Positions 1 to 9,691 of a DNA stretch of 32,000 nucleotides are shown piece by piece. The stretch spans positions 840,001 to 872,000 of the forward strand of contig NC_014034.1 of the NCBI RefSeq assembly GCF_000021865.1, in the 5' to 3' direction. This DNA is from Rhodobacter capsulatus SB 1003 (lineage in GTDB: Bacteria > Pseudomonadota > Alphaproteobacteria > Rhodobacterales > Rhodobacteraceae). Within the stretch, counting starts at the first letter, position 1, and each line of letters starts with the position of its first letter. The notes under the pieces are model-generated. The model saw only the letters and a list, made by a program, of their open reading frames with translations. It made no database searches and was not told the origin of the DNA. A program made the position numbers and the translations under genes.

Positions 1-1
1 C

Positions 2-304
2 GACCCCGGGGCGGTCTTCATGGTGCAGGGCCGGATGCCCGAGACGGGCGCGGGCGCGGGGCTCGTCGAAGCCGCGCGGGGAAGCCTGGGCCATTGGCTG
101 CGCATCGAGGGCGGCAAGATCGCCTCCTATCAGATCATCGCGCCGACGACCTGGAACTTTTCCCCCCGCGACAGCGCGGGCGTGCCGGGGCCGCTGGAGG
201 CGGCGCTGGTCGGCGCCCCGGTTGCGCCCGGCGAGGACAGTCCGGTTGCGGTGCAGCATGTCGTGCGCAGTTTCGATCCCTGCATGGTCTGCACCGTGCA
301 TTGA
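2..304 (+). CDS. hupV: Large subunit of the H2-sensing regulatory [NiFe] hydrogenase HupUV, 3' end (partial, continues upstream of the window)
   Basis: The frame is open from the window edge. It contains GSLGHWLRIEGGKIASYQIIAPTTWNFSPRD and ends in DPCMVCTVH-stop, the C-terminal DPCxxCxxH Ni-Fe ligand motif. The protein stops exactly at the His, with no cleavable tail. It sits directly upstream of hypF. Confidence 0.85.
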   Translation, partial: DPGAVFMVQGRMPETGAGAGLVEAARGSLGHWLRIEGGKIASYQIIAPTTWNFSPRDSAGVPGPLEAALVGAPVAPGEDSPVAVQHVVRSFDPCMVCTVH

Positions 305-356
305 GCGCGGTGGGGGCGCTGCCCCCACACCCCCGGGATATTTGAGGCAAGATGAA
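305..356 (+). repeat. Short copy of a GC-rich intergenic repeat (REP/MITE-like)
   Basis: Hairpin TGGGGGC-GCT-GCCCCCA at 311-327 is followed by CACCCCCGGGATATTTGAGGCAAGATGAAATG. Both ends match the ends of the longer element at 14812-14958. Confidence 0.6.
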
Positions 357-2576
357 ATGCAGGCTTGGCGGATCAGGGTGCGCGGACAGGTGCAAGGCGT
401 GGGGTTCCGGCCCTTCGTCTGGCAATTGGCGCGGGCGCGCGGGCTGCGCGGGGTCGTGCTGAACGATGCCGAGGGGGTGCTGATCCGGGTTGCGGGCGAT
501 CTGGGCGATTTCGCCGCGGCCTTGCGCGATCAGGCGCCGCCCTTGGCGCGGGTCGATGCGGTCGAGGTGACGGCGGCGGTTTGCGACGATCTGCCCGAGG
601 GGTTTCAGATCGCGGCCTCGGGCGCGGCCGGGGCCGAGACGCGGGTGACGCCCGATGCCGCCACCTGTCCGGACTGTCTGGCGGAGATCCGGGGGGAGGG
701 GCGGCGGCGCGGCTATGCCTTCACCAACTGCACCCATTGCGGGCCGCGGTTTTCCATCCTGCAAAGCCTGCCCTATGACCGCGCCCGCACGACGATGGCG
801 CCCTTTGCGATGTGCCCGGCCTGCCGGGCGGAATATGAAGACCCCGCCGACCGGCGCTTTCACGCCCAGCCCATCGCCTGCCCCGATTGCGGGCCGCGGC
901 TCTGGCTGGAGGCGGGCGGCGCGGAGCTGCCGGGCGATGCGATCGGTCTGGCCGCCGCCCGGCTGAAGGCCGGGGAAATCCTTGCGGTGAAAGGGCTTGG
1001 CGGCTTTCATCTGGCCTGCGATGCGACGAATGCTGACGCCGTCGACTTGCTGCGCGCAAGGAAGCGCCGTCCGGCCAAGCCCTTTGCGTTGATGGCGCGC
1101 GAAGAGGATCTGGCGCGCATCGTCGCGGTCAGCCCCGCGGCCCTGGCCGCGCTGCGCGATCCCGCGGCGCCGATCGTCCTGATGCCCGCGCGCGGCAGCC
1201 TGCCCGAAACCCTTGCCCCCGGCATGGCCGAGCTGGGCGTGATGCTGCCCTATACGCCGCTGCATCACCTGCTGCTGGATGCCTTTGGCGGCGTGCTGGT
1301 GATGACCTCCGGGAACCTCTCGGGTGCGCCGCAGGTGATCGGCAACGATGAGGCGCGCGAAAAACTGTCGGCCTTTGCCGATGCCTTCCTGATGCATGAC
1401 CGCGCCATCGCCCGGCGGCTGGATGACTCGGTCGTTCGCGTCGATCCGCCGATGGTGCTGCGCCGTGCCCGCGGGCAGGTGCCCGGCACCCTGCCGCTGC
1501 CGCCGGGGTTTGAGACTGCGCCGCAGATCGTGGCCTATGGCGGGCAGATGAAGGCGGCGCTGTGCCTGATCAAGACCGGCCAGGCGCTTTTGGGCCATCA
1601 CCTGGGCGAGTTGGACGAGGCCCTGACCTGGGAGGCGTTCCTGCAGGCCGACGCCGATTATGCGGCGCTGTTCGATCATCGCCCGCAGGCGGTGGCGGTC
1701 GATCTGCACCCCGATTTCCGCGCCTCGCGCCACGGTGCCGCCCGGGCCGGGCGGCTTGGCGTGCCGCTGATCGCCGTGCAGCACCATCACGCCCATCTGG
1801 CCGCCTGTCTGGGCGAGAACCTTTGGCCCAAGGACGGCGGCAAGGTGGCGGTGATCGTGCTCGATGGGCTTGGCCTTGGCCCCGACGGCACGGTCTGGGG
1901 GGGCGAGCTGCTGCTGGGCGATTACAAGGGCTTCGAGCGGGTGGCCTGGCTGAAACCCGCGCCCCTGATCGGCGGCGACCGGGCGCAGATCGAGCCCTGG
2001 CGCAATGCGCTGGTGCGGCTTGACGCGGCGGGGCTTTCCGATCTGGCCGACCGGCTTTTCCCCGCGGCGCCGCGCGATCTGGCCCGGCAGCTGGCGGCCA
2101 AGGGGATCAACGCGCCGCTGTCGTCCAGCGCCGGGCGGCTGTTCGATGCCGTCGCCGCCTGTCTCGGCATCTGTCCGATGCGCCAAAGCTACGAGGGCGA
2201 GGCGGCGATGCGGCTGGAATCACTGGCCGCCGACACCGGGCCGGTGCCGGATCTGCCCTGCGTCGGCGGGGCGATCGACCCGGCGCCGCTGTTTCAACTT
2301 CTGGCGGCAGGCGAGCGCCCCGACCGTGTCGCCCATGCGCTGCACGCCAGCCTTGCGCAGGCTTTTGCCGCCGAAGCGCGGCGGCTGATCGAAGCCGGAC
2401 AGGCCGAGGCGGTGGCGCTGACGGGCGGCTGTTTTCAGAATTCCAGACTTGCAACCATGACGCGAAATTTCCTTGCCGATCAAGGCATTCTGACGCAGGG
2501 CCGCATCCCGGCCAACGATGGGGGCCTTGCCCTGGGTCAGGCCCTTGTCGCGGCGGCAAAATTGGAAAGCAACTGA
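357..2576 (+). CDS. hypF: Carbamoyltransferase HypF (hydrogenase maturation, CN ligand synthesis)
   Basis: The protein starts MQAWRIRVRGQVQGVGFRPFVW (acylphosphatase domain). It has two pairs of CxxC zinc-finger motifs (CPDC...CTHCGPRFS, CPAC...CPDCGPRL), followed by YrdC-like and Kae1-like regions. GAGG lies 9 nt upstream of ATG 357. The ORF-track start at 222 overlaps hupV and is rejected. Confidence 0.92.
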   Translation: MQAWRIRVRGQVQGVGFRPFVWQLARARGLRGVVLNDAEGVLIRVAGDLGDFAAALRDQAPPLARVDAVEVTAAVCDDLPEGFQIAASGAAGAETRVTPDAATCPDCLAEIRGEGRRRGYAFTNCTHCGPRFSILQSLPYDRARTTMAPFAMCPACRAEYEDPADRRFHAQPIACPDCGPRLWLEAGGAELPGDAIGLAAARLKAGEILAVKGLGGFHLACDATNADAVDLLRARKRRPAKPFALMAREEDLARIVAVSPAALAALRDPAAPIVLMPARGSLPETLAPGMAELGVMLPYTPLHHLLLDAFGGVLVMTSGNLSGAPQVIGNDEAREKLSAFADAFLMHDRAIARRLDDSVVRVDPPMVLRRARGQVPGTLPLPPGFETAPQIVAYGGQMKAALCLIKTGQALLGHHLGELDEALTWEAFLQADADYAALFDHRPQAVAVDLHPDFRASRHGAARAGRLGVPLIAVQHHHAHLAACLGENLWPKDGGKVAVIVLDGLGLGPDGTVWGGELLLGDYKGFERVAWLKPAPLIGGDRAQIEPWRNALVRLDAAGLSDLADRLFPAAPRDLARQLAAKGINAPLSSSAGRLFDAVAACLGICPMRQSYEGEAAMRLESLAADTGPVPDLPCVGGAIDPAPLFQLLAAGERPDRVAHALHASLAQAFAAEARRLIEAGQAEAVALTGGCFQNSRLATMTRNFLADQGILTQGRIPANDGGLALGQALVAAAKLESN
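2562..2572. promoter_or_regulatory. TTG-N5-CAA palindrome (TTGGAAAGCAA), candidate HupR enhancer site for hupS
   Basis: It is a perfect TTG-N5-CAA and lies inside the last codons of hypF. If +1 is placed at A2724, just downstream of the -10-like hexamer, it falls at -162/-152. As I recall, that is the position reported for the HupR footprint in R. capsulatus. Confidence 0.55.
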
Positions 2577-2620
2577 CCGAAGTGGAAATGGAATCGGTCA
2601 AAATACTTTCGGTTTTTTTA
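2574..2620 (+). terminator. Possible intrinsic terminator of hypF (weak stem followed by a T7 run)
   Basis: TGACCGA (2574-2580) pairs with TCGGTCA (2594-2600). An alternative pairing is CCGAAG (2577-2582) with CTTTCGG (2606-2612). A run of seven T follows at 2613-2619. Confidence 0.35.
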
Positions 2621-2633
2621 CGTGACAAAATCA

Positions 2634-2651
2634 CACACCATTGAAAAACAA
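2634..2651. promoter_or_regulatory. IHF-like site overlapping a second TTG-N5-CAA palindrome (TTGAAAAACAA, 2641-2651) in an AT-rich stretch
   Basis: CACACCATTGAAA (2634-2646) matches 7 of the 9 specified positions of YAANNNNTTGATW. It is centred about 85 nt upstream of the proposed +1, in a markedly AT-rich segment of a GC-rich genome. Confidence 0.4.
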
Positions 2652-2686
2652 GGAAAAATTTTTCTGCGACAATTTGCCGTTTCTCA

Positions 2687-2715
2687 TTGGCGGAAACCGG
2701 CCCAACCATGAGAAT
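2687..2715 (+). promoter_or_regulatory. Candidate sigma70-type hupS promoter: TTGGCG-N17-GAGAAT
   Basis: The -35-like hexamer is at 2687-2692 and the -10-like hexamer at 2710-2715 (4/6 match to TATAAT). This predicts +1 near 2722-2724, about 54 nt upstream of the hupS start. Confidence 0.4.
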
Positions 2716-2777
2716 TCCACTCTACCCATGGGCGCGCCGAGGAGGTCACGGCGCGTCACAAGGCAAGGGAGGGACAA

Positions 2778-3854
2778 TTGTCGGACATCGAAACTTTCTA
2801 TGACGTGATGCGGCGTCAGGGGATCACCCGGCGCAGCTTCATGAAGTTCTGTTCGCTCACCGCAGCAGCTTTGGGGCTTGGGCCCTCCTTCGTGCCGAAA
2901 ATCGCCGAAGCCATGGAAACGAAGCCGCGCACCCCGGTCGTCTGGGTGCATGGGCTTGAATGCACCTGCTGTTCGGAAAGCTTCATCCGCTCGGCGCATC
3001 CGCTGGCCAAGGATGTCGTGCTCTCGATGATCTCGCTCGATTACGACGACACGCTGATGGCCGCCGCCGGTCACGCCGCCGAAGCGGCCTTCGAGGAAAC
3101 CATCGCCAAATACAAGGGCAACTACATCCTGGCCGTCGAGGGCAACCCGCCGCTCAACGAAGACGGGATGTTCTGCATCACCGGCGGCAAGCCCTTTGTC
3201 GAGAAGCTGCGCCACGCCGCCGAGGGCGCCAAGGCGATCATCAGCTGGGGGGCCTGTGCGTCTTATGGCTGCGTGCAGGCCGCGGCGCCGAACCCGACCC
3301 AGGCGACGCCGGTGCACAAGGTGATCACCGACAAGCCGATCATCAAGGTCCCGGGCTGCCCGCCGATCGCCGAGGTGATGACCGGCGTCATCACCTACAT
3401 GCTGACCTTCGACCGGATGCCGGAACTGGACCGTCAGGGCCGCCCGGCGATGTTCTACAGCCAGCGCATCCACGACAAATGCTACCGCCGCCCGCATTTC
3501 GACGCCGGGCAATTCGTCGAACACTGGGACGACGAAAACGCGCGCAAGGGCTATTGCCTCTACAAGATGGGCTGCAAGGGCCCGACCACCTACAACGCCT
3601 GTTCGACCGTGCGCTGGAACGGCGGCGTCAGCTTCCCGATCCAGTCCGGTCACGGCTGCATCGGCTGTTCCGAGGACGGGTTCTGGGATCAGGGCAGCTT
3701 CTATGACCGGCTGACCACGATCAAGCAATTCGGCATCGAGGCCACGGCCGACCAGATCGGCTGGACCGCCACCGGCCTTGTGGGCGCCGCCGTCGCCGCC
3801 CATGCCGCGGTCTCCGTGCTCAAACGCGCGCAGAAAAAGAACGAGGAGGCGTAA
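2778..3854 (+). CDS. hupS: Uptake [NiFe] hydrogenase small subunit, Tat-exported
   Basis: TTG start at 2778 is preceded by GGGAGGG at 2767-2773. The twin-arginine signal is [13 protein letters not shown]. Also present are [10 protein letters not shown] and further Fe-S cluster Cys motifs (GCPP, CIGC), plus a C-terminal hydrophobic anchor. Confidence 0.95.
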   Translation: MSDIETFYDVMRRQGITRRSFMKFCSLTAAALGLGPSFVPKIAEAMETKPRTPVVWVHGLECTCCSESFIRSAHPLAKDVVLSMISLDYDDTLMAAAGHAAEAAFEETIAKYKGNYILAVEGNPPLNEDGMFCITGGKPFVEKLRHAAEGAKAIISWGACASYGCVQAAAPNPTQATPVHKVITDKPIIKVPGCPPIAEVMTGVITYMLTFDRMPELDRQGRPAMFYSQRIHDKCYRRPHFDAGQFVEHWDDENARKGYCLYKMGCKGPTTYNACSTVRWNGGVSFPIQSGHGCIGCSEDGFWDQGSFYDRLTTIKQFGIEATADQIGWTATGLVGAAVAAHAAVSVLKRAQKKNEEA

Positions 3855-3857
3855 GCC

Positions 3858-5651
<1,794 letters not shown>

Positions 5652-5660
5652 GGGGATGCC

Positions 5661-6449
5661 ATGAAGGGAGTTTCCGACGAAAGGATCAATGCCCCCGTCC
5701 GTGGCCCGGATGAAATCTTCGAGGCCTCGCGACTGACCGGCGACGCCACCCGCGAGGACCTAGAAAGCATCCGGCGGCGTACCTCCGTCTATGTCTACGA
5801 GGCGCCGGTCCGGGTCTGGCACTGGGTCAACGCGCTGGCGATCACCATCCTGGTGGTCACCGGCTATTTCATCGCCTCGCCGCTGCCCTCGATGCAGATC
5901 GGCGAGGCCACCGACCAGTTCGTGATGGGCTACATCCGCTTCGCGCATTTCGCCGCCGGGGTGGTGATGTCGGTGGGCTTTTTCGGCCGCATCTACTGGG
6001 CCTTCGTGGGCAACCGCCACGCCTGGCAGATGTTCTACATCCCGATCTTCAACAAGCGCTACTGGAAGGAATTCGTCTTCGAGCTGCGCTGGTATTTCTT
6101 CCTTGAAGAAGAGCCGAAGAAATACATCGGCCACAACCCGCTGGCGCATGCGGCGATGTTCACCTTCATCACCTTGGGCATCACCTTCATGATGATCACC
6201 GGCTGGGCGCTTTATGCCGAAGGCGCGGGGCAGGGGGGCGTGACCGACAGCCTGTTCGGCTGGGTGCTGGGCTATGTGCAAAACAGCCAGCGGCTGCACA
6301 CGTTGCACCATCTGGGCATGTGGGCGATCGTGATCTTCGCGATCATCCATATCTACGCCGCGGTGCGCGAAGACGTGATGAGCCGCCAGTCGATGGTCTC
6401 GACGATGATCTCGGGGCACCGGACCTTCAAGGACGACCGGATCGAGTGA
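5661..6449 (+). CDS. hupC: Hydrogenase b-type cytochrome subunit (membrane anchor, electron transfer to quinone)
   Basis: It is a HyaC/HupC-type protein with four predicted TM helices and conserved His residues (WHWVNAL, RFAHF, HTLHH). It lies immediately downstream of hupL. Confidence 0.93.
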   Translation: MKGVSDERINAPVRGPDEIFEASRLTGDATREDLESIRRRTSVYVYEAPVRVWHWVNALAITILVVTGYFIASPLPSMQIGEATDQFVMGYIRFAHFAAGVVMSVGFFGRIYWAFVGNRHAWQMFYIPIFNKRYWKEFVFELRWYFFLEEEPKKYIGHNPLAHAAMFTFITLGITFMMITGWALYAEGAGQGGVTDSLFGWVLGYVQNSQRLHTLHHLGMWAIVIFAIIHIYAAVREDVMSRQSMVSTMISGHRTFKDDRIE

Positions 6450-6468
6450 CTGGAAAGAAGCTTTGCAA

Positions 6469-6500
6469 CCGGGCGCAGAGTGATCTGTGCTCGGTTTATT
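6469..6500 (+). terminator. Intrinsic-terminator-like hairpin after hupC
   Basis: CCGGGCGCAG (6469-6478) pairs with CTGTGCTCGG (6485-6494), giving a 10-bp stem that includes two G-U pairs. The loop is 6 nt and TTTATT follows. Confidence 0.5.
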
Positions 6501-6650
6501 GTGGAAATATATCTTCCAAAATAACCTTATAAGTGGTAACAAGGTTTCCAGAATTTGGGCGATTCCGACTCTCTTGCCGGGTTTTCCGGGGCGACGGGGT
6601 CGATCATCATGGGGCAAACGCCCTGCCAGCGGCGGTCTAGGGAGGGACCC

Positions 6651-7283
6651 ATGCCAGCATTCAAACCTGAACGGGTTCTTGTTCTGGGCATCGGCAACGT
6701 GCTTTGGGCCGACGAGGGCTTTGGCGTGCGCTGTGTCGAGCGGATGGCCGAAACCCATGCGCTGCCCGCCAATGTCCGGCTGCTCGATGGCGGCACGCAG
6801 GGGCTTTACCTGCTGCCGTTTCTGGAAGAGGCCGAGGCGCTGATCGTCTTTGACGCGGTCGATTTCGGCTTCACCCCCGGCACGCTGGTCACGATGCGTG
6901 ACGACGACGTGCCCGCCTTCATGGGCGCGAAAAAGATGAGCCTGCATCAGACCGGCTTTCAGGACGTCATCGCCACGGCGCAGCTGATGGGCTATTGCCC
7001 GTCCCGCATGACGCTGATCGGCTGCCAGCCGGTCGAGCTGGAGGATTACGGCGGCTCCCTGCGTCCGGCCGTGGCCGGGCAGATCGATTTCGCCATCGCC
7101 GAGGCGGTGCGGGAACTGCGCGCCTGGGGCATCGAGGTGACGAAGGGCGCGACGATCAGCAACGATCTGGTCGATCCCTCGCTGGCGCGTGACGCCTATG
7201 AACGCGGCCGCCCCTCCGAGGACGAGGCCTGCCGGATCGGCGATCACCGCTTCTTCCCCTCGGCCGCCAAGGTCCGCGCCTGA
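6651..7283 (+). CDS. hupD: Hydrogenase maturation endopeptidase (cleaves the HupL C-terminal tail)
   Basis: The protein starts [25 protein letters not shown] (GIGNxxxxDEGxG motif) and contains [15 protein letters not shown] at 6641-6647 precedes ATG 6651. The ORF-track start at 6555 lies in the AT-rich spacer and is rejected. Confidence 0.9.
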
Positions 7284-7603
7284 TGTGCGTCGGCATTCCC
7301 GTGCAATTGCTGGCGGTGGACGGCATCCGTGGCGACGTGATCGAGGACGGCCGCCCCGGTCTGGTCGATCTGTCGCTGGTGCCCGAGGCGCGGCCGGGCG
7401 ACTGGGTCCTGGCCTTCCTTGGTGCCGCCCGCGAGGTGCTGACCCCCGAAGCCGCCGCGCAGATTTCCGCCGCGCTGGGCGGGCTGCGGTCGCTGATGGC
7501 GGGCGGCGATCTTGGCGATGCCTTCGCCGATCTGGAGGCCCGTTCGCCCCAGCTTCCCCCCCATCTTCAAGCCGCGCTTGACGCCGGCAAGACCCGCGCC
7601 TGA
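7283..7603 (+). CDS. hupF: HypC-family chaperone specific for the uptake hydrogenase
   Basis: It has the HypC signature N-terminus MCVGIPVQ and a C-terminal extension relative to HypC. The start overlaps the hupD stop (TGATG). Confidence 0.9.
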
Positions 7604-7610
7604 GGTTCCC

Positions 7611-8027
7611 ATGCACGATTTTCATATGCCCGACACCGCGCCGCCCTCGGGCAAGACCCATCCGCTGGTGGCCCGGCTGACCACCGAGTTCGGCTGGCCG
7701 CGGCTGGAAAACGCGCATGACCTGCGCGAATTCACCACCCGGCCGGGGGCGCATTGCCTGTTCGTGCCGGGCGACGCGGCGCGCAATCTGGAAACCCCCG
7801 ATGCCGCCGTGGTGCTGCCCGAACTGCGCCAGGCCTTTCAGAACGCCTTTGACTGCGCCGTCGTCGGCGACGGCATCGAGACCGAACTGCGCGAAACCAC
7901 CCGGGTGCTGAAAACCCCCTCGTTCCTGTTCTTCCGCGACGGCGACTTTCTGGGCGGCATCGAAAAGATCCGCGACTGGGACGATTACATCGCCCGCACC
8001 TCTCATATCCTTGCCGCGAAAGGCTGA
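7611..8027 (+). CDS. hupG: HyaE/HupG-type hydrogenase accessory protein (thioredoxin-like fold)
   Basis: ATG 7611 lies 7 nt after the hupF stop, with GAGG at 7602-7605. Its position and size match hupG/hyaE. The ORF-track start at 7512 overlaps hupF. Confidence 0.8.
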   Translation: MHDFHMPDTAPPSGKTHPLVARLTTEFGWPRLENAHDLREFTTRPGAHCLFVPGDAARNLETPDAAVVLPELRQAFQNAFDCAVVGDGIETELRETTRVLKTPSFLFFRDGDFLGGIEKIRDWDDYIARTSHILAAKG

Positions 8028-8030
8028 GCC

Positions 8031-8858
8031 ATGGTCTCGAATTTCCACCTGCCCCCCGTCGGTTTCGGCCCCGGCTCGCAGCCCGAAGGCGACGAGGAAC
8101 TGGGCTACATGCAGCTGCCCTCCGGCATGCGGACCTATTCGGCGCATCTGCCCGAGGTCGAGGACAGCTCTGCCGTTACCCCGGCGCTGAAGCTGCTTGA
8201 CGAGATCGCCGCGGCGGCCGAGGCCTGCGCGCGGGGCGGCATGGCCAGTTTCGATCTGGCGGGGCTGGATGCGCAAAACCGCGCGCTGATCGCGGAAACT
8301 ATGGGGCAGGGCGAGGTCGCGATGAAGATCCGCGGCATCCCGGCGCTGATGGTGCAGGAATCGGTCTTTGCCGGGGTCTGGTCGGTGGCCGGTGCGGGCG
8401 TTGACCGGATCGAGGTGGGGGCGGTGCCCGCCGCGGCGCTGAGCCGCGCCTTCGAGCCCTTCCGCAAGGGCCAGACCGCGCTGCCGCCGCTTTCCGACGG
8501 CGTCGTGAACGCCCCGGCGCTGATCGCGGAACTGTTCGACAAATCCGCCGCTTACGTGGGGGGCGCGGCGGATGTGATCAACCTGACGCTGCTTCCGCAT
8601 ACGGAAGAAGACCTGACGCTGCTCGATTACATGCTGGGCGAGGGCGCGGTGACGATCCTGTCGCGCGGCTATGGCAATTGCCGGATCACCGCGACGGCGA
8701 CGCCGCATGTCTGGCGGGTGCAGTTCTACAATTCGACCGATGCGCTGATCCTCGACACGATCGAGGTGACGACGATGCCGGAAGTGGCCTTGGCCGCGCG
8801 CGAGGATCTGGAAGATTCGGCGGGCCGCATCCGCGAAGTGCTGGAGGCGATCCGTTGA
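8031..8858 (+). CDS. hupH: HyaF/HupH-type hydrogenase accessory protein
   Basis: It encodes a 275-aa protein and starts 3 nt after the hupG stop. Its position matches hupH and its GC3 is high throughout. Confidence 0.85.
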   Translation: MVSNFHLPPVGFGPGSQPEGDEELGYMQLPSGMRTYSAHLPEVEDSSAVTPALKLLDEIAAAAEACARGGMASFDLAGLDAQNRALIAETMGQGEVAMKIRGIPALMVQESVFAGVWSVAGAGVDRIEVGAVPAAALSRAFEPFRKGQTALPPLSDGVVNAPALIAELFDKSAAYVGGAADVINLTLLPHTEEDLTLLDYMLGEGAVTILSRGYGNCRITATATPHVWRVQFYNSTDALILDTIEVTTMPEVALAAREDLEDSAGRIREVLEAIR

Positions 8859-9691
8859 GCGGGCCGACACGCGCGGGCTTCGAGGGCTCTTACCTGGGCG
8901 CCAATGACCGGATTTCCGATCTGGCGATCATGGAATGCAAGATCTGCTGGACGCCCTACGACCCGGCCTCGGGCGACGAATTCCGCCAGGTTCTGCCCGG
9001 CACGCCCTTCACCGCATTGCCCGAAGACTGGCACTGCCCGAATTGCGACGCGCCGAAAGCGCAGTTCATCGTGCAAAGCGATCCCGGCGCCCCCGCGCTT
9101 TTGGAGCAAAACCGCGTCGATGCGCAGGTCTCGGCGCTGGTCGCCGATTTCCGCGAGATCTGGCATTCGAAAATGCGCGACGTGCCCCTGGTGAACAAGG
9201 CTTTGTCGATCGAAGCCGTGGGCTTTCGCAGCCATGAGGGCCGCGGGCTTGGCGTGCTGGTCAGCCCCTGGTTCATGAACCTGATCCAGCTGCCCGCCGC
9301 GGGCGAGGATTGGTCGGGCCTGATCCCGGGGGTCAAGGAAGACCTGGAATTCCCCTCGGGCCTCTATGAATTCATCCACAACCGGCGCGAGATGGTGGGC
9401 GGCTACAAGGCCTGCTCGCTGTACCCGACGATGGGCGATTTCCAGACCCAGATGCAGGCGGTCGATCTGGCCCGCGCGGTGATGATCGAACTCTTCAAGG
9501 CGGAAAACCGCGCCGAGACCGACCGCGCCGCCGAAATCCGCGCCAGCCGCACCGCAGAGCTGGCGGCGCTCGAGGCGGCCGAGGCCGAAAAGGCCGAAAC
9601 CGCCGCCCGGGCCGAGGCGATGGCGCAACCGACGCGGCGGCGGCTGATCTCGGCCGGTCTGGCGGGCGAAGACGAGGGCGCGGCGGAATGA
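8855..9691 (+). CDS. hupJ: Rubredoxin-domain (HupI-like) fused to HupJ/HoxT-like hydrogenase accessory protein
   Basis: The rubredoxin motif is ECKICWTPYDP...WHCPNCDAPK. It is preceded by FEGSYLG, which I recall as conserved in HupI/HoxR. I place the start at TTG 8855, which has GGAGG at 8843-8847 and overlaps the hupH stop (TTGA). The alternative start is ATG 8930. The gene call is confident; the start is less so. Confidence 0.75.
   Translation: MSGPTRAGFEGSYLGANDRISDLAIMECKICWTPYDPASGDEFRQVLPGTPFTALPEDWHCPNCDAPKAQFIVQSDPGAPALLEQNRVDAQVSALVADFREIWHSKMRDVPLVNKALSIEAVGFRSHEGRGLGVLVSPWFMNLIQLPAAGEDWSGLIPGVKEDLEFPSGLYEFIHNRREMVGGYKACSLYPTMGDFQTQMQAVDLARAVMIELFKAENRAETDRAAEIRASRTAELAALEAAEAEKAETAARAEAMAQPTRRRLISAGLAGEDEGAAE

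Noticed and set aside
222-356. 5' extensions of genes in the ORF track (hypF from 222, hupD from 6555, hupG from 7512, hupJ from 8678, hypA from 10292, hypB from 10837, sqr from 23645, permease from 26280, ATPase from 28882, xdhC from 29409)
   Set aside because: The extensions overlap the preceding gene or run through intergenic regulatory DNA. They lack an SD sequence. They precede the point where the conserved family N-terminus begins, for example MHEMSI for HypA and MCTVCGC for HypB.
6451-6467. Sigma54-like element TGGAAAGAAGCTTTGCA just after the hupC stop
   Set aside because: The GG and GC dinucleotides are separated by 11 nt instead of the invariant 10. The -24 box is TGGAAA rather than TGGCAC. 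Sigma54 promoters do not tolerate this spacing change.
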